Below, piece after piece: positions 46,473 to 56,966 of a DNA stretch of 64,000 bases. Origin of the DNA: Bacteroidales bacterium (GTDB taxonomy: Bacteria; Bacteroidota; Bacteroidia; Bacteroidales; ML635J-15). The notes beneath the pieces were generated by a model that did no database searches, was not told where the DNA came from, and saw nothing but the letters and a program-made list of their open reading frames with translations. Location: NCBI GenBank assembly GCA_017651185.1, contig JAGCDJ010000043.1, positions 6,555 to 70,554 of the forward strand, read 5' to 3'. Positions within the stretch are counted from its first letter, which is position 1. The number at the start of each line of letters is the position of its first letter. Made by a program: the position numbers and the translations under genes.

Positions 46473-49202
46473 TTACTTGCAAGAGCATTTGCAGTTCTTG
46501 ATTGCAGCTTGTGCAGCAGCAAGACGAGCAACTGGAACTCTGAATGGTGAGCATGATACATAGGTCATACCTGCCTTGTAGAAGAATTCAACAGATGCTG
46601 GGTCACCACCGTGTTCGCCGCAAACACCAACTTTCAGTTTTTCGCGAGTTGAACGACCGCGTTCAACGCCGAGCTTTACAAGCTGACCAACGCCTTCCTG
46701 ATCCAAAGTGTTGAATGGGTCGGCTGGTATAATCTTGTTGTCAACGTAGTTGTGAACGATTTCGTTAACGTCGTCACGCGAGAAGCCTAAAGTCATCTGG
46801 GTGAGGTCGTTGGTTCCGAATGAGAAGAATTCTGCAACTTCTGCAATCTGGTCAGCAACCAAGGTAGCACGTGGGATTTCAATCATTGTACCATACATAT
46901 AATTGATTGTAACACCCATCTTCTTTTCTACTTCTGCCTTAACTCTGTTGGCGATTTCCTTCTGGTGCTTCAATTCCTTAACATTGATTGTCAATGGAAC
47001 CATGATTTCCAGATGTGGATCGAAACCTTCCTTCATAAGTTCTGCAGTTGCTTCGAACAAAGCGCGGAACTGTGTTTCGGTGATTTCCGGGTAAACGATA
47101 CCAAGACGAACACCACGCAGACCCATCATCGGATTAACTTCGTGCAATGCTTCGATGCGTTCCTTGAGTTCTGCCAAGTCCATACCGCGTTCCTTTGCAA
47201 CTTCACGCTGCTTTTCTTCGGTATGAGGTACAAATTCGTGCAGAGGCGGGTCCATAAGTCTGAATGTCAACGGTTTGCCGTTCATAACCTTCAGTGTGCC
47301 CTTTGCGGCTTCCTTAATGTAAGGTTCGAGTTCGTTGAGAGCAGCAACGCGTTCTGCGGTTGTGTTCGAAAGAATCATGTTGCGGAGCTTTTCCAACGGC
47401 TTTTCGCTGTTCTTTCCGTAGAACATGTGCTCGATACGGAACAGACCGATACCTTCAGCGCCGAAGTTGATAGCGTTCTGTGCATCTTCTGGATTGTCGG
47501 CATTGGTGCGAACACCCATAGTTCTGTATTTGTCAACGAGCTTCATGAATTCCTGGAAGAGAGGATTTTCGGTAGCGTCGATCATCTTTATTTCTTCGGC
47601 GTAAACCCAACCCTTCGAACCGTTTAAGCTGAGGAGGTCACCTTCCTTGAAGGACTTGTCGCCAATGTGAACTTCGTTCTTCTTGAAGTCGATCTTAACA
47701 TCTTCGCAACCTACGATGCAGCACTTACCCCATCCACGAGCAACAAGAGCAGCGTGTGAAGTCATACCACCGCGAGCGGTAAGGATACCGTCAGCAGCAC
47801 GCATACCTTCAACGTCTTCAGGGTTGGTTTCTTCTCTTACGAGGATGCATTTAATCTTTGCATTGTTGTATTCCATTGCCTTTTCGCTTGTGAGGGCAAT
47901 CTTTCCAACTGCACCACCAGGACCAGCAGGAAGACCCTTTGCGATTACGGTGTGCTTCTTTTCGTCTTCAGCATCGAGAATCGGGTGGAGAAGTTCGTCA
48001 AGCTGAGCAGGAGTGAGGCGCATTACAACTTCCTTCTCGTCGATAAGACCTTCGTGGAGCATATCGAGAGCCATTGTAAGAGCTGCAACACCTGTTCTCT
48101 TGCCAACACGGCACTGGAGCATATAGAGTTTTCCGTCCTGAATTGTGAATTCAATGTCAAGCATATCGTGGAAGCTCTTTTCGAGGATGTCGCGGATGTC
48201 GCAGAGTTCCTTGTAAGTCTGAGGCATAAGTTCCTGCATCGACTTCATGTGCTTGTTCTGTTCGTTCTTTGTGTCATCGTTCAGTGGGTTCGGGGTGCGG
48301 ATACCTGCAACAACGTCTTCGCCCTGAGCGTTGATAAGCCATTCGCCGTAGAACTGGTTGTCGCCGGTAGCTGGGTTACGTGTGAAAGCAACACCTGTTG
48401 CAGAATTGTCGCCCATGTTGCCGAATACCATTGCCTGAACGTTTACTGCTGTACCCCAGTCATCTGGAATACCTTCGATACGACGGTAAGAGATAGCCTT
48501 CTTTCCGTTCCATGACTTGAAAACGGCCTTGATACCGCCTTCCATCTGTGCGCGAGCGTCATCCGGGAATTCGGTTCCGAGAACTTCTTTAACCTTTGCC
48601 TTGAATTCTTCAGCAAGTTGCTTGAGTTCGTCAGCGGTGATTTCTGTATCTGACTTGTATCCCTTGTTGTGCTTGAATTCGTCGAGCATATCGTCGAGGA
48701 TCTTGCGGATGCCCTTGCCGTCAGCAGGTTCAATGCCTTCGGCCTTTTCCATAACGACATCAGCGTACATCATAATGAGACGACGGTATGAGTCGTATAC
48801 GAAACGCGGGTTGTTGGTCTTCTTAATGAGGCCAGGGATAGTCTTTGAGCACAGACCAATATTCAATACTGTGTCCATCATACCAGGCATTGAGCTGCGA
48901 GCGCCCGAACGGCACGATACCAAAAGAGGATTTTCGGTGTCGCCATATTTCATGCCCATGATGTTTTCAACATTCTTCATTCCTTCCCATACATCTTCCA
49001 TCAATGTGTCGGGGAGCTTGCAATTGTTTGCGTAGTAAGCTGTACAACATTCGGTTGTGATTGTCAAACCAGCGGGAACAGGAAGTCCCAGCAAACACAT
49101 TTCGGCAAGGTTGGCACCTTTGCCGCCCAACAAGTTTTTCATGTCGGCTTTACCTTCGGCTGTCTTTCCACCAAAGGTGTAAACATACTTTACTTTACTC
49201 AT
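46473..49202 (-). CDS. ppdK: Pyruvate, phosphate dikinase
   Basis: LLGGKGANLAEM, GGMTSHAALVARG phospho-His motif, SFGTNDLTQ, GVCGEHGG. Confidence 0.96.
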   Translation of the reverse strand: MSKVKYVYTFGGKTAEGKADMKNLLGGKGANLAEMCLLGLPVPAGLTITTECCTAYYANNCKLPDTLMEDVWEGMKNVENIMGMKYGDTENPLLVSCRSGARSSMPGMMDTVLNIGLCSKTIPGLIKKTNNPRFVYDSYRRLIMMYADVVMEKAEGIEPADGKGIRKILDDMLDEFKHNKGYKSDTEITADELKQLAEEFKAKVKEVLGTEFPDDARAQMEGGIKAVFKSWNGKKAISYRRIEGIPDDWGTAVNVQAMVFGNMGDNSATGVAFTRNPATGDNQFYGEWLINAQGEDVVAGIRTPNPLNDDTKNEQNKHMKSMQELMPQTYKELCDIRDILEKSFHDMLDIEFTIQDGKLYMLQCRVGKRTGVAALTMALDMLHEGLIDEKEVVMRLTPAQLDELLHPILDAEDEKKHTVIAKGLPAGPGGAVGKIALTSEKAMEYNNAKIKCILVREETNPEDVEGMRAADGILTARGGMTSHAALVARGWGKCCIVGCEDVKIDFKKNEVHIGDKSFKEGDLLSLNGSKGWVYAEEIKMIDATENPLFQEFMKLVDKYRTMGVRTNADNPEDAQNAINFGAEGIGLFRIEHMFYGKNSEKPLEKLRNMILSNTTAERVAALNELEPYIKEAAKGTLKVMNGKPLTFRLMDPPLHEFVPHTEEKQREVAKERGMDLAELKERIEALHEVNPMMGLRGVRLGIVYPEITETQFRALFEATAELMKEGFDPHLEIMVPLTINVKELKHQKEIANRVKAEVEKKMGVTINYMYGTMIEIPRATLVADQIAEVAEFFSFGTNDLTQMTLGFSRDDVNEIVHNYVDNKIIPADPFNTLDQEGVGQLVKLGVERGRSTREKLKVGVCGEHGGDPASVEFFYKAGMTYVSCSPFRVPVARLAAAQAAIKNCKCSCK

Positions 49203-49479
49203 CTAACAGTAAATTTAAATTTATAATTCCTTTAAAACGGGTGCAAAATTAATATTTTTTTTTGTATGCTGTATTATGTATTTGCATTTTGTTGATAAAT
49301 TGAATTTCGAATAGTTTTTGCTCTCAAAATCATAGTTGTCAATGCTGTTTGTGATTGTTTGTCAATCAGGGATTTTGCATTGTAATTTTACAGTTTTTAT
49401 GGAAAATTTCAAATTATTAGGGTGGTTATTTAGAAATTCAATTATTCTTTGTATTTTTGCGTACCGAAATTTTGAACAG

Positions 49480-50208
49480 ATGCGGCTTTTTACGGAACAG
49501 TTGGTCAAGCAGTACGGAAAGCGAACCGTAGTAAAGGGGGTTGATGTGGAAGTCAACCAGGGCGAAATAGTTGGTTTGCTTGGCCCTAATGGCGCAGGAA
49601 AAACTACCACTTTTTATATGATAGTCGGACTGATAAAGCCGAATAGCGGTCGCATTTTCCTTGATGATAAAGAAATAACAAAACTTCCTATTTATAAGCG
49701 TGCTCGTTTGGGAATAGGTTATCTTGCGCAGGAAGAGTCTGTTTTCCAAAAATTGTCGGTCGAGGACAATATAAAGTCTATTTTGGAATTCCGTCGAGAC
49801 CTTAATCGCAAGGCACGAAATGAAATGACCGAGCAGTTGCTTGATGAGTTCAGCTTGAAGCATATTCGTAAGAGTAAGGGTTTCCAGTTGTCGGGCGGAG
49901 AGCGCAGGCGTACCGAAATAGCGCGGGCATTGGCAATAGACCCTAAATTTATTCTGCTGGATGAACCATTTGCTGGCGTTGATCCGATTGCTGTCGATGA
50001 TATTCAGACCATAGTCATGCACTTGAAAAACAGGAATATAGGTGTGCTTATCACTGACCATAATGTTCATGAGACATTGGCAATTACCGACCGTGCGTAT
50101 CTGCTTTTCGAGGGCGGAATATTAAAGAGCGGAACAGCAGAAGATTTAAGTAACGACCCGCAGGTAAGGAAAGTTTATCTAGGTGCTAATTTTGAATTGA
50201 GAAGGTAA
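49480..50208 (+). CDS. lptB: LPS export ABC transporter ATP-binding protein
   Basis: [43 protein letters not shown]. Confidence 0.92.
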   Translation: MRLFTEQLVKQYGKRTVVKGVDVEVNQGEIVGLLGPNGAGKTTTFYMIVGLIKPNSGRIFLDDKEITKLPIYKRARLGIGYLAQEESVFQKLSVEDNIKSILEFRRDLNRKARNEMTEQLLDEFSLKHIRKSKGFQLSGGERRRTEIARALAIDPKFILLDEPFAGVDPIAVDDIQTIVMHLKNRNIGVLITDHNVHETLAITDRAYLLFEGGILKSGTAEDLSNDPQVRKVYLGANFELRR

Positions 50209-50212
50209 GATG

Positions 50213-50330
50213 GATTTCCGATTTACGAAGTACGGTTTACGATTTTTTGAATCATCAAATCTTCAAATCTTCAAATCATCAAATCTTCGAATTTTCAAAT
50301 TAGAAACCAGAAATATAGAAACAAGAAACT
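50213..50330. repeat. Three adjacent blocks of 7-8 bp tandem repeats
   Basis: GATTTAC-like x5, AATCWTCA-like x6, AGAAACN-like x4, between lptB and the next gene. Confidence 0.75.
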
Positions 50331-50343
50331 AAAAATAAGGTAT

Positions 50344-52620
50344 ATGTATAAAATTTTAAGAAAAGTTGATATTACAGACGACATGGTGTTGTTTGATGTG
50401 CTGGCACCAAGAATTGCAGAATCGGCATTGCCCGGTCAGTTCCTGATTGTTAAGATGGACGAAAAGGGAGAACGAATACCTTTGACAGTCAGCGATAACG
50501 ATGCGAAGGCAGGAACCGTTACAATAGTATTCAAGGTGGTTGGCAAATCAACAAAGCAAATGGCGACATACAATGTTGGTGATTGCTTCTGCGATGTGGT
50601 AGGTCCGCTCGGTCGTCCGTCGGAACTTGTGCATATACCGAAGGATAAACTTAAGGACTACAAGGTTGCATTCATTGGCGGTGGCGTAGGTATTGCGCCG
50701 ATTTTCCCGCAGGTTAAGTGGATGCACGAGCAAGGCGTTGATTGCGATGTGATTATTGGCGCAAAGACAGAGTCGTTGCTTATTTATGTTGACGAATTGA
50801 AGTCTATGGCTGGCAACCTGTATTGTGTTACCGAGGACGGAACAACAGAACATAAGGGACTTGTAACCGATATGCTCAGAAAATTGGTAGAATCTGGTCG
50901 CAAGTACGATGAGGTTGTTTCGATTGGTCCTATGATAATGATGAAGTTTGTGTCGAAACTTTGCACCGAACTTGGCATAAAGTGTACTGTCAGCCTCAAT
51001 TCGCTTATGGTCGATGGTACGGGAATGTGCGGTGCCTGCCGTGTTTCGGTTGGCGGAAAGACCAAGTTCACCTGCGTTGATGGTCCGGAATTCGATGCAT
51101 CATTGGTTGACTTCGAGGAGGCAATGAAGCGCCAGGCGATGTACAATAATGTAGAAGGACACAAACAACTCGAAGCAGAGGAAAAAGCAGAAGGTCATGT
51201 TTGCCATATTGGTGGCGTTATAGATGAACCGCGCGATGCCAGCAAGCGAGTTCCTGTACGCGAACAGGATGCAAAGGTTCGTGCAACCAATTTCGATGAG
51301 GTTTGCCTTGGCTACAATGCTGAGGAGGCAATGCAGGAGGCACAGCGTTGCCGTAGGTGCAAGAAACCGATGTGCGTTTCGGGATGCCCTGTGTCAATCA
51401 AGATTCCAGATTTCATAGGAAAGGTTGCTGAAGGCGATTTCGCGGCAGCAGCAAAGATTATCAACGAGGATTCGGCATTGCCCGCTGTCTGCGGTCGTGT
51501 ATGTCCGCAGGAAACTCAGTGCGAAGGCAAGTGTATTCTCGGAATAAAGGGCGAACCTATTGCAATCGGCAAACTGGAAAGGTTTGTTGGTGACTGGGCA
51601 CGCGAAAATAACTTTGATTTTGGCGTAAAGGTAGAAAAGAATGGTCACAAGGTGGCTATTATCGGTAGCGGACCTTCGGGACTTACCTGTGCAAAGGAAC
51701 TCCTGACTATGGGTTATGATGTTACTATTTTCGAGGCATTGCACGAATATGGTGGCGTACTTGTTTATGGTATTCCTTCTTTCCGTTTGCCAAAGAACAC
51801 AGTTGTAAAGCACGAAGTTGACAATCTGCTGAAACTCGGTGCCAAGTTCGAGAAGAATGTTATTATAGGTCGCTCCGTTTCGATTGATGATCTTATGGAT
51901 AAGGAACATTTCGATGCTGTTTTCATTGGTTCTGGTGCAGGATTGCCAAACTTTATGAAGATTCCGGGCGAAAATCTTTGCGGCGTTGTGTCTGCAAATG
52001 AATTTTTGACTCGTAATAATCTGCTTTTCGCATACAAGGAAGGATACGAGACGCCAAATTATGTAGGACGGAAAGTTACTGTTGTAGGTGGTGGAAATGT
52101 AGCAATGGATGCTGCGCGTACAGCGTTGCGACTTGGTGCTGAAGTACATGTCGTTTATCGTCGTTCCGAGGAGGAATTGCCGGCAAGGGCAGAAGAGGTG
52201 CACCACGCAAAGGAAGAAGGCGTTATTTTCGACCTGCTTTGCAATCCTGTCGAGATTCTCGGTGACGAAAATTCGTGGGTAAAGGCGATAAAGTGCGTGC
52301 GTATGCAACTCGGTGAACCCGATGATTCGGGCAGACGCCGTCCTGTTGTAATTCCTGATTCAGAATTCATTATTGATTCCGATATGGTTATTATGTCAAT
52401 TGGAACATCGCCAAATCCGCTGATTTCGTCAACCACACCGGGACTTGATACAAATCGCTGGGATTGCATTGTTGCCGATGACAATGGCGCAACCTCGCGC
52501 AAGGGCGTTTTTGCAGGCGGAGATGCAGTAAGCGGTGCTGCTACGGTTATCCTTGCAATGGGTGCAGGCAAGACTGCTGCCAAGGCGATAGATGAATACG
52601 TAAAAGGAATTAACAATTAA
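50344..52620 (+). CDS. Fused NfnAB-type (SudB/SudA, GltD-like) electron-bifurcating transhydrogenase
   Basis: PGQF..GERIPLT, MVDGTGMCGACRV, CVDGPEF; then CRRCKKPMCVSGCP, VCGRVCPQETQCE, GSGPSG, GGGNVAMD. Confidence 0.88.
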   Translation: MYKILRKVDITDDMVLFDVLAPRIAESALPGQFLIVKMDEKGERIPLTVSDNDAKAGTVTIVFKVVGKSTKQMATYNVGDCFCDVVGPLGRPSELVHIPKDKLKDYKVAFIGGGVGIAPIFPQVKWMHEQGVDCDVIIGAKTESLLIYVDELKSMAGNLYCVTEDGTTEHKGLVTDMLRKLVESGRKYDEVVSIGPMIMMKFVSKLCTELGIKCTVSLNSLMVDGTGMCGACRVSVGGKTKFTCVDGPEFDASLVDFEEAMKRQAMYNNVEGHKQLEAEEKAEGHVCHIGGVIDEPRDASKRVPVREQDAKVRATNFDEVCLGYNAEEAMQEAQRCRRCKKPMCVSGCPVSIKIPDFIGKVAEGDFAAAAKIINEDSALPAVCGRVCPQETQCEGKCILGIKGEPIAIGKLERFVGDWARENNFDFGVKVEKNGHKVAIIGSGPSGLTCAKELLTMGYDVTIFEALHEYGGVLVYGIPSFRLPKNTVVKHEVDNLLKLGAKFEKNVIIGRSVSIDDLMDKEHFDAVFIGSGAGLPNFMKIPGENLCGVVSANEFLTRNNLLFAYKEGYETPNYVGRKVTVVGGGNVAMDAARTALRLGAEVHVVYRRSEEELPARAEEVHHAKEEGVIFDLLCNPVEILGDENSWVKAIKCVRMQLGEPDDSGRRRPVVIPDSEFIIDSDMVIMSIGTSPNPLISSTTPGLDTNRWDCIVADDNGATSRKGVFAGGDAVSGAATVILAMGAGKTAAKAIDEYVKGINN

Positions 52621-52640
52621 TAATTGATAATTGACAATCT

Positions 52641-52763
52641 GTAGGTTCGCAATGCATTGCGAACCTACATTAAAATAAAAATATGTAAAGACGCAAAATA
52701 TTGCGTCTCAAATCCCAACCAAAAACATAGAAACGGGCGTACTTCGGCGAGCTCAGCACAAGT
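52641..52763. repeat. Cluster of REP-like palindromes
   Basis: GTAGGTTCGCAATGCATTGCGAACCTAC (perfect, 52641-52668); GTAAAGACGCAAAATATTGCGTCTC (52685-52709); ACTTCGGCGAGCTCAGCACAAGT (52741-52763). Confidence 0.65.
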
Positions 52764-52791
52764 AGCCCATAGAAATTAGAAACTATTATAC

Positions 52792-54768
52792 ATGCCTTCT
52801 CCAATCTTCAAACCGGAATTACTTTTGCCATCGGGGACGATTGAATCGTTCTTCGCTGCTATGGAAGGCGGTGCCGATGCGGTTTATCTTGGGTTGAAAA
52901 AATTCAATGCCCGCAATCGTGCTCGCAATTTTTCGTATGCCGACTTGCAGAATGTAGTTGCCGAGGCGCATTCGCGTGGGCGCAAGGTGTATGTTACGGT
53001 TAATACGCTGATAAAGAATGTCGAGTTGGCGGAACTTATTGAAACCTTGTCGGCTTTGTCGCAGTGCCGTCCCGATGCGCTGATAGTTCAGGATTTGGCA
53101 GTTGCTAACATTGTGGGTCGGTTCTTCCCAGATTTGCAGTTGCACGCCAGTACGCAGATGTCGGTACATAATTCCGAATCGTGCAACTATATGAAATACT
53201 GTGGTTTCACACGCGTAGTGCTCGCTCGTGAACTTACTATGCACGAATTGTCGCAACTTATGCAGTCGGTGGATGTCGAAACCGAGGTTTTTGTGCATGG
53301 CGCTTTGTGCTATTCGGTTTCGGGACAATGCCTTTTCAGTAGTTATCTCGGTGGAAATTCGGCCAATAGAGGACTTTGTACGCAGGTTTGCCGTAGGAAT
53401 TTCAAGACTGACAACGGAAACATTCCGCTTTTCAGCATGAAGGATTTTCAACTTATTGACCTTATTCCGGAATTTGCTAGAATGCACGTTTCATCCCTCA
53501 AGGTTGAGGGCAGGATGAAGACTCCCGACTATGTTTACAATGTTGCGAGGGCGTACAGGATGGCAATCGATGACCATTCGAGGATAGATGAGGCGAAGGA
53601 ACTGCTGGCATCAGACTTTGCTCGGGAGAAAACCTTGTGGTTTATGGGACACGATGTGGTTCATTCAATTTCAGGTAGGTCGGAAACAGGAGTTTATGTC
53701 GGTAAAATTCAAAGCATTGACAGTGAGTGTATTATTGTTGAATCAGATGTAAAAATCACCGAAAAGGCAAAGTTGAGATGCCGAAATGCATCTGATACCG
53801 ATGCGGAATTCATTAAAATAGGTAAGATTGATCATGAAAATGGACGGTATCGCATATTCTGCAATACCCAGGGCTATTCGGTTGGACAGGACATTTATCT
53901 GGTGGGTTTTTCGAATTTACCTTTCTCCTCGAAATTCAAGAGACCAGTATCGAAGCGCATTAGTTTTCCGTCACCACAGCGGATAGAAAATATGAGGCGT
54001 TCGTTTGCTATTGTTGGATCTAAGGGCGGAGATTTGCATCTTTTCCTGCGAGTATCTGATATTGGCATTTTAAAGAAGATTAATCCGAACTCCTACGATG
54101 CCATTTTTGCAAAGTTGAAGTTGTCGGACTTGGAAACTTTGCTTTCATCCTCAGTACCAAAGGAGACCAAGCAGAAGGTTTTTGTTGAATTGCCAAAGTT
54201 TATTTCGGAACTTTCGCTTGGCGAATGGCGCAAAATGTTGAATCGGCTTCACGCATCTGGATTTGCAAGGTTTGTGATTTCAAATATTTCGCAGTTGCCG
54301 TTAATTCCAGAGGATAGCATTGTCGCAGCAAACGAGAATGTGTATCTGATGAACGACATTGCCGTTAACTTTGTAAAGTCGGAGAAGGTGCGCTATTACT
54401 GTTATCCTGCCGAAAGCGATTACCCAAATTTGATTTCTGGCAGGGATAGGGGAGGCATTGTGCCAATTTACTTCCATCCCGATTTGTTCTATTCGCGTCA
54501 GCCGATTGCGGCAAAGCATTTTTCGGATGATAGTCAGTCGGTCTACGATTGTTCTGTCGAATCAGGTATCACGGTCGTTTCCGACAGGAAAGCAGTATCG
54601 TGGACGCATAATGTGTCGAAGTTGAGAAGCAAAGGTTTCTGCCGTTTCTTGATTGACATATCTCATGAAAACAACCTGTTGAAACTTGGTGAAATATTGC
54701 AGGCAGTAAAGTCATCGGTGAAATTGCCGAAAACAGTTGACTTTAATATGAAAAAGGGTTTGAAATAA
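52792..54768 (+). CDS. U32 family protein (RlhA/TrhP-like Fe-S hydroxylase)
   Basis: PELLLP, GADAVYLG, HASTQ, EVFVHGALCYSVSGQC, NRGLCTQVCR, SLKVEGRMK. Confidence 0.85.
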   Translation: MPSPIFKPELLLPSGTIESFFAAMEGGADAVYLGLKKFNARNRARNFSYADLQNVVAEAHSRGRKVYVTVNTLIKNVELAELIETLSALSQCRPDALIVQDLAVANIVGRFFPDLQLHASTQMSVHNSESCNYMKYCGFTRVVLARELTMHELSQLMQSVDVETEVFVHGALCYSVSGQCLFSSYLGGNSANRGLCTQVCRRNFKTDNGNIPLFSMKDFQLIDLIPEFARMHVSSLKVEGRMKTPDYVYNVARAYRMAIDDHSRIDEAKELLASDFAREKTLWFMGHDVVHSISGRSETGVYVGKIQSIDSECIIVESDVKITEKAKLRCRNASDTDAEFIKIGKIDHENGRYRIFCNTQGYSVGQDIYLVGFSNLPFSSKFKRPVSKRISFPSPQRIENMRRSFAIVGSKGGDLHLFLRVSDIGILKKINPNSYDAIFAKLKLSDLETLLSSSVPKETKQKVFVELPKFISELSLGEWRKMLNRLHASGFARFVISNISQLPLIPEDSIVAANENVYLMNDIAVNFVKSEKVRYYCYPAESDYPNLISGRDRGGIVPIYFHPDLFYSRQPIAAKHFSDDSQSVYDCSVESGITVVSDRKAVSWTHNVSKLRSKGFCRFLIDISHENNLLKLGEILQAVKSSVKLPKTVDFNMKKGLK

Positions 54769-54775
54769 AGAACCT

Positions 54776-55921
54776 TTACAAGCAGTTTCTTAGGTCTTCG
54801 TCGTATTGCTTGACGATGTTTTTCCAGTCGAATTGCTCTGCAATGCTATTGAAATGTTCGGCGGGGACTATGTAGTTTTGCAGGAATTTGTTGCCGTGGA
54901 AGTCGATAATCTTGTCGGCAAGCGTCTTGTAGTCCTTTTTTTCGATGAAATCGCCGTTTATGCCGGCTGTAATCAGTTTTTCGTTGTTGCTTACCTTTGT
55001 GGCGATTATGTACTGCCCGCATGCAAGTGCTTCTAGCATTGCCATGCTCATGCCTTCGGCAAGCGATGGCATAACCGTGAGCGATGCCGACTGGTATTCG
55101 GCAATGATTTCGGGTTTCGTAAGCCAGTTCTTGAAAACCACAATGCCTCCAAGTCCGTTTTGCCTTACAAAATCTTCCATCTTCTTGCGCATTTTTCCGT
55201 CACCAACTATATGAACTTCAAAGTCGGGAATACTTTTTTTTGCAATGCTGATTGCCTTGAGGAAGGTCATTGGATCTTTTTGCAATACTAACCTGCCGGC
55301 AAACAGTATTGTGAACTTTTTGGCGCGTTTGCTTTCGTCGGGGAAGAACTTGTCGCGGTTCCATCCGTTGAATATCAGTTTGTTCTTGGCGGTAGTTCCA
55401 CCGAGGAATGCATTTATGTTGCTTAACATTTCGTCAGACTGCACATAGTTGCGCTTCGATTGCATGCAAATCTTGCGAATCCAATGATAGCAGGCGGCAT
55501 GATACCACATCATCTGTTCGGGGAAGAACCACGGAATGTCGTGCCCGTGCGAAACTATTACATAAGGCAGATGAAACATTTCCTTCATGCTGTACGCCAC
55601 TTCTCCGCATGGCAGGGCAAAGTTTGCAAAGCAGAGGTCGTATTTGCCGACTTGCAGGTGTTTTTTTAGAAAACGCTTGGCACAAATCATCCACGACAGC
55701 ATTTCGCGTATGTTGGACTGAAAAACATCTTTTCGCTTAGATTTTAGTCGTAGCACACGAACTCCATTTTCAGTGCTATCCTCCTCTGTACCTTCGTAGT
55801 AGGTTGTTAGTACCGTTACTTCGTGACCAAGTGTAGCAAGACCTTCGGCAATATTCTTCGAGATTATGCCAGCACCGCCGCCAAGAGGAGGGTATTCGTA
55901 ATTTAGCACAAGGAGTTTCAT
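54776..55921 (-). CDS. GT4 family glycosyltransferase
   Basis: NYEYPPLGGGAG, FAGRLVLQK, PSLAEGMSMAMLEALACG. Confidence 0.88.
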   Translation of the reverse strand: MKLLVLNYEYPPLGGGAGIISKNIAEGLATLGHEVTVLTTYYEGTEEDSTENGVRVLRLKSKRKDVFQSNIREMLSWMICAKRFLKKHLQVGKYDLCFANFALPCGEVAYSMKEMFHLPYVIVSHGHDIPWFFPEQMMWYHAACYHWIRKICMQSKRNYVQSDEMLSNINAFLGGTTAKNKLIFNGWNRDKFFPDESKRAKKFTILFAGRLVLQKDPMTFLKAISIAKKSIPDFEVHIVGDGKMRKKMEDFVRQNGLGGIVVFKNWLTKPEIIAEYQSASLTVMPSLAEGMSMAMLEALACGQYIIATKVSNNEKLITAGINGDFIEKKDYKTLADKIIDFHGNKFLQNYIVPAEHFNSIAEQFDWKNIVKQYDEDLRNCL

Positions 55922-56023
55922 GTCGCAAAGATAACTTCTTTATGGTATCGTTTGAAAAGTTTTAACTAAATATTATGCATGAGATTTGCATAAGTTAGTT
56001 AAATTTGTTCTTGTTTTTTAGAC

Positions 56024-56869
56024 ATGATGAGTATGAAAAAGTTGTGTTTATATTGTATTGTGGTGCTGGCATCATTAGTTTCGTTGGCAAATGTTTATGC
56101 ATCGCCAGTTTCTTCGATTAAGTGTGATTATGTCGCTGTGGAAGATGGCGGAGATGTTGACCTTTATTTGGATTGCTTTGAAAATGCCGTGAAAACCAAG
56201 GATATGGAACTTGCGGCAAAAATCGCAAATGTTTTGTATGGAATGTACATGAATGATGCGCAGCAGAAGCGGTTCACGAAGATAGAAGATATGATTTCTA
56301 AGAAGGATTACCGTGTGTATCGCGACAATTTGAGATATTTTGCATCAAAGTCATCCCCAGTTCAGGATGGTTACTATGATTTTTATGTAGAGCCATACGA
56401 GGATTTGAATGACAATGATTATGATGACGGCAGTTCGTTTGTTGATGATATTGTGGATTCTTTTTCTGCCTTTTTCAACGAATTGGGTGCGGCAGATTCT
56501 TCATATAACTGGCATTACGAACGTCACGATACCATTGATGGTGGCGGGATGCTCGATGTGTTTGTAGATGCATTCAATAGATTCCTGTTTGATGATGGTG
56601 GTGCGGAAATTAGCGACAAGTCGATGTCGGCGGATGAAGCAGAAATTGATGCATTGCTTGATGAATACGAAAAGTTTGTGAATTTATCTGTCGGTGCTTT
56701 GCGTGATGTAATGTCGGGCAATAGTGATTCTATGGATGAATTTGAGAAGTATAGTCAGGAAGCATCTAGGTTGTCTGATGAAATAGGAAAGACAGGTAAC
56801 GGAATGAATTCAAGGCAGTTTAAGAGATACATGCATATCCTGGGCAACATGGTTACTGGTTTGTTCTGA
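56024..56869 (+). CDS. Secreted hypothetical protein with DUF6591-like helical domain(s)
   Basis: Signal peptide; LLDEYEKFV...MNSRQFKRY resembles 26897-27370. Confidence 0.6.
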   Translation: MMSMKKLCLYCIVVLASLVSLANVYASPVSSIKCDYVAVEDGGDVDLYLDCFENAVKTKDMELAAKIANVLYGMYMNDAQQKRFTKIEDMISKKDYRVYRDNLRYFASKSSPVQDGYYDFYVEPYEDLNDNDYDDGSSFVDDIVDSFSAFFNELGAADSSYNWHYERHDTIDGGGMLDVFVDAFNRFLFDDGGAEISDKSMSADEAEIDALLDEYEKFVNLSVGALRDVMSGNSDSMDEFEKYSQEASRLSDEIGKTGNGMNSRQFKRYMHILGNMVTGLF

Positions 56870-56966
56870 AAATTTAGCGACAAACTTTAAATATGTAAAC
56901 ATCCTTTTTTGTTGCAAGTCCGAATGTTTTTTTGTATTTTTGCAACTCATCAAATATAAAGTGTTT

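Noticed and set aside
49349-49365. Rex operator between ppdK and lptB (TTGTGATTGTTTGTCAA)
   Set aside because: One base short and mismatched relative to TTGTGAA-N4-TTCACAA; AT-rich background makes chance likely.
50344-52620. Glutamate synthase, or a novel gene fusion
   Set aside because: No gltB large subunit nearby; fused NfnAB-type proteins are already known in Bacteroidota.
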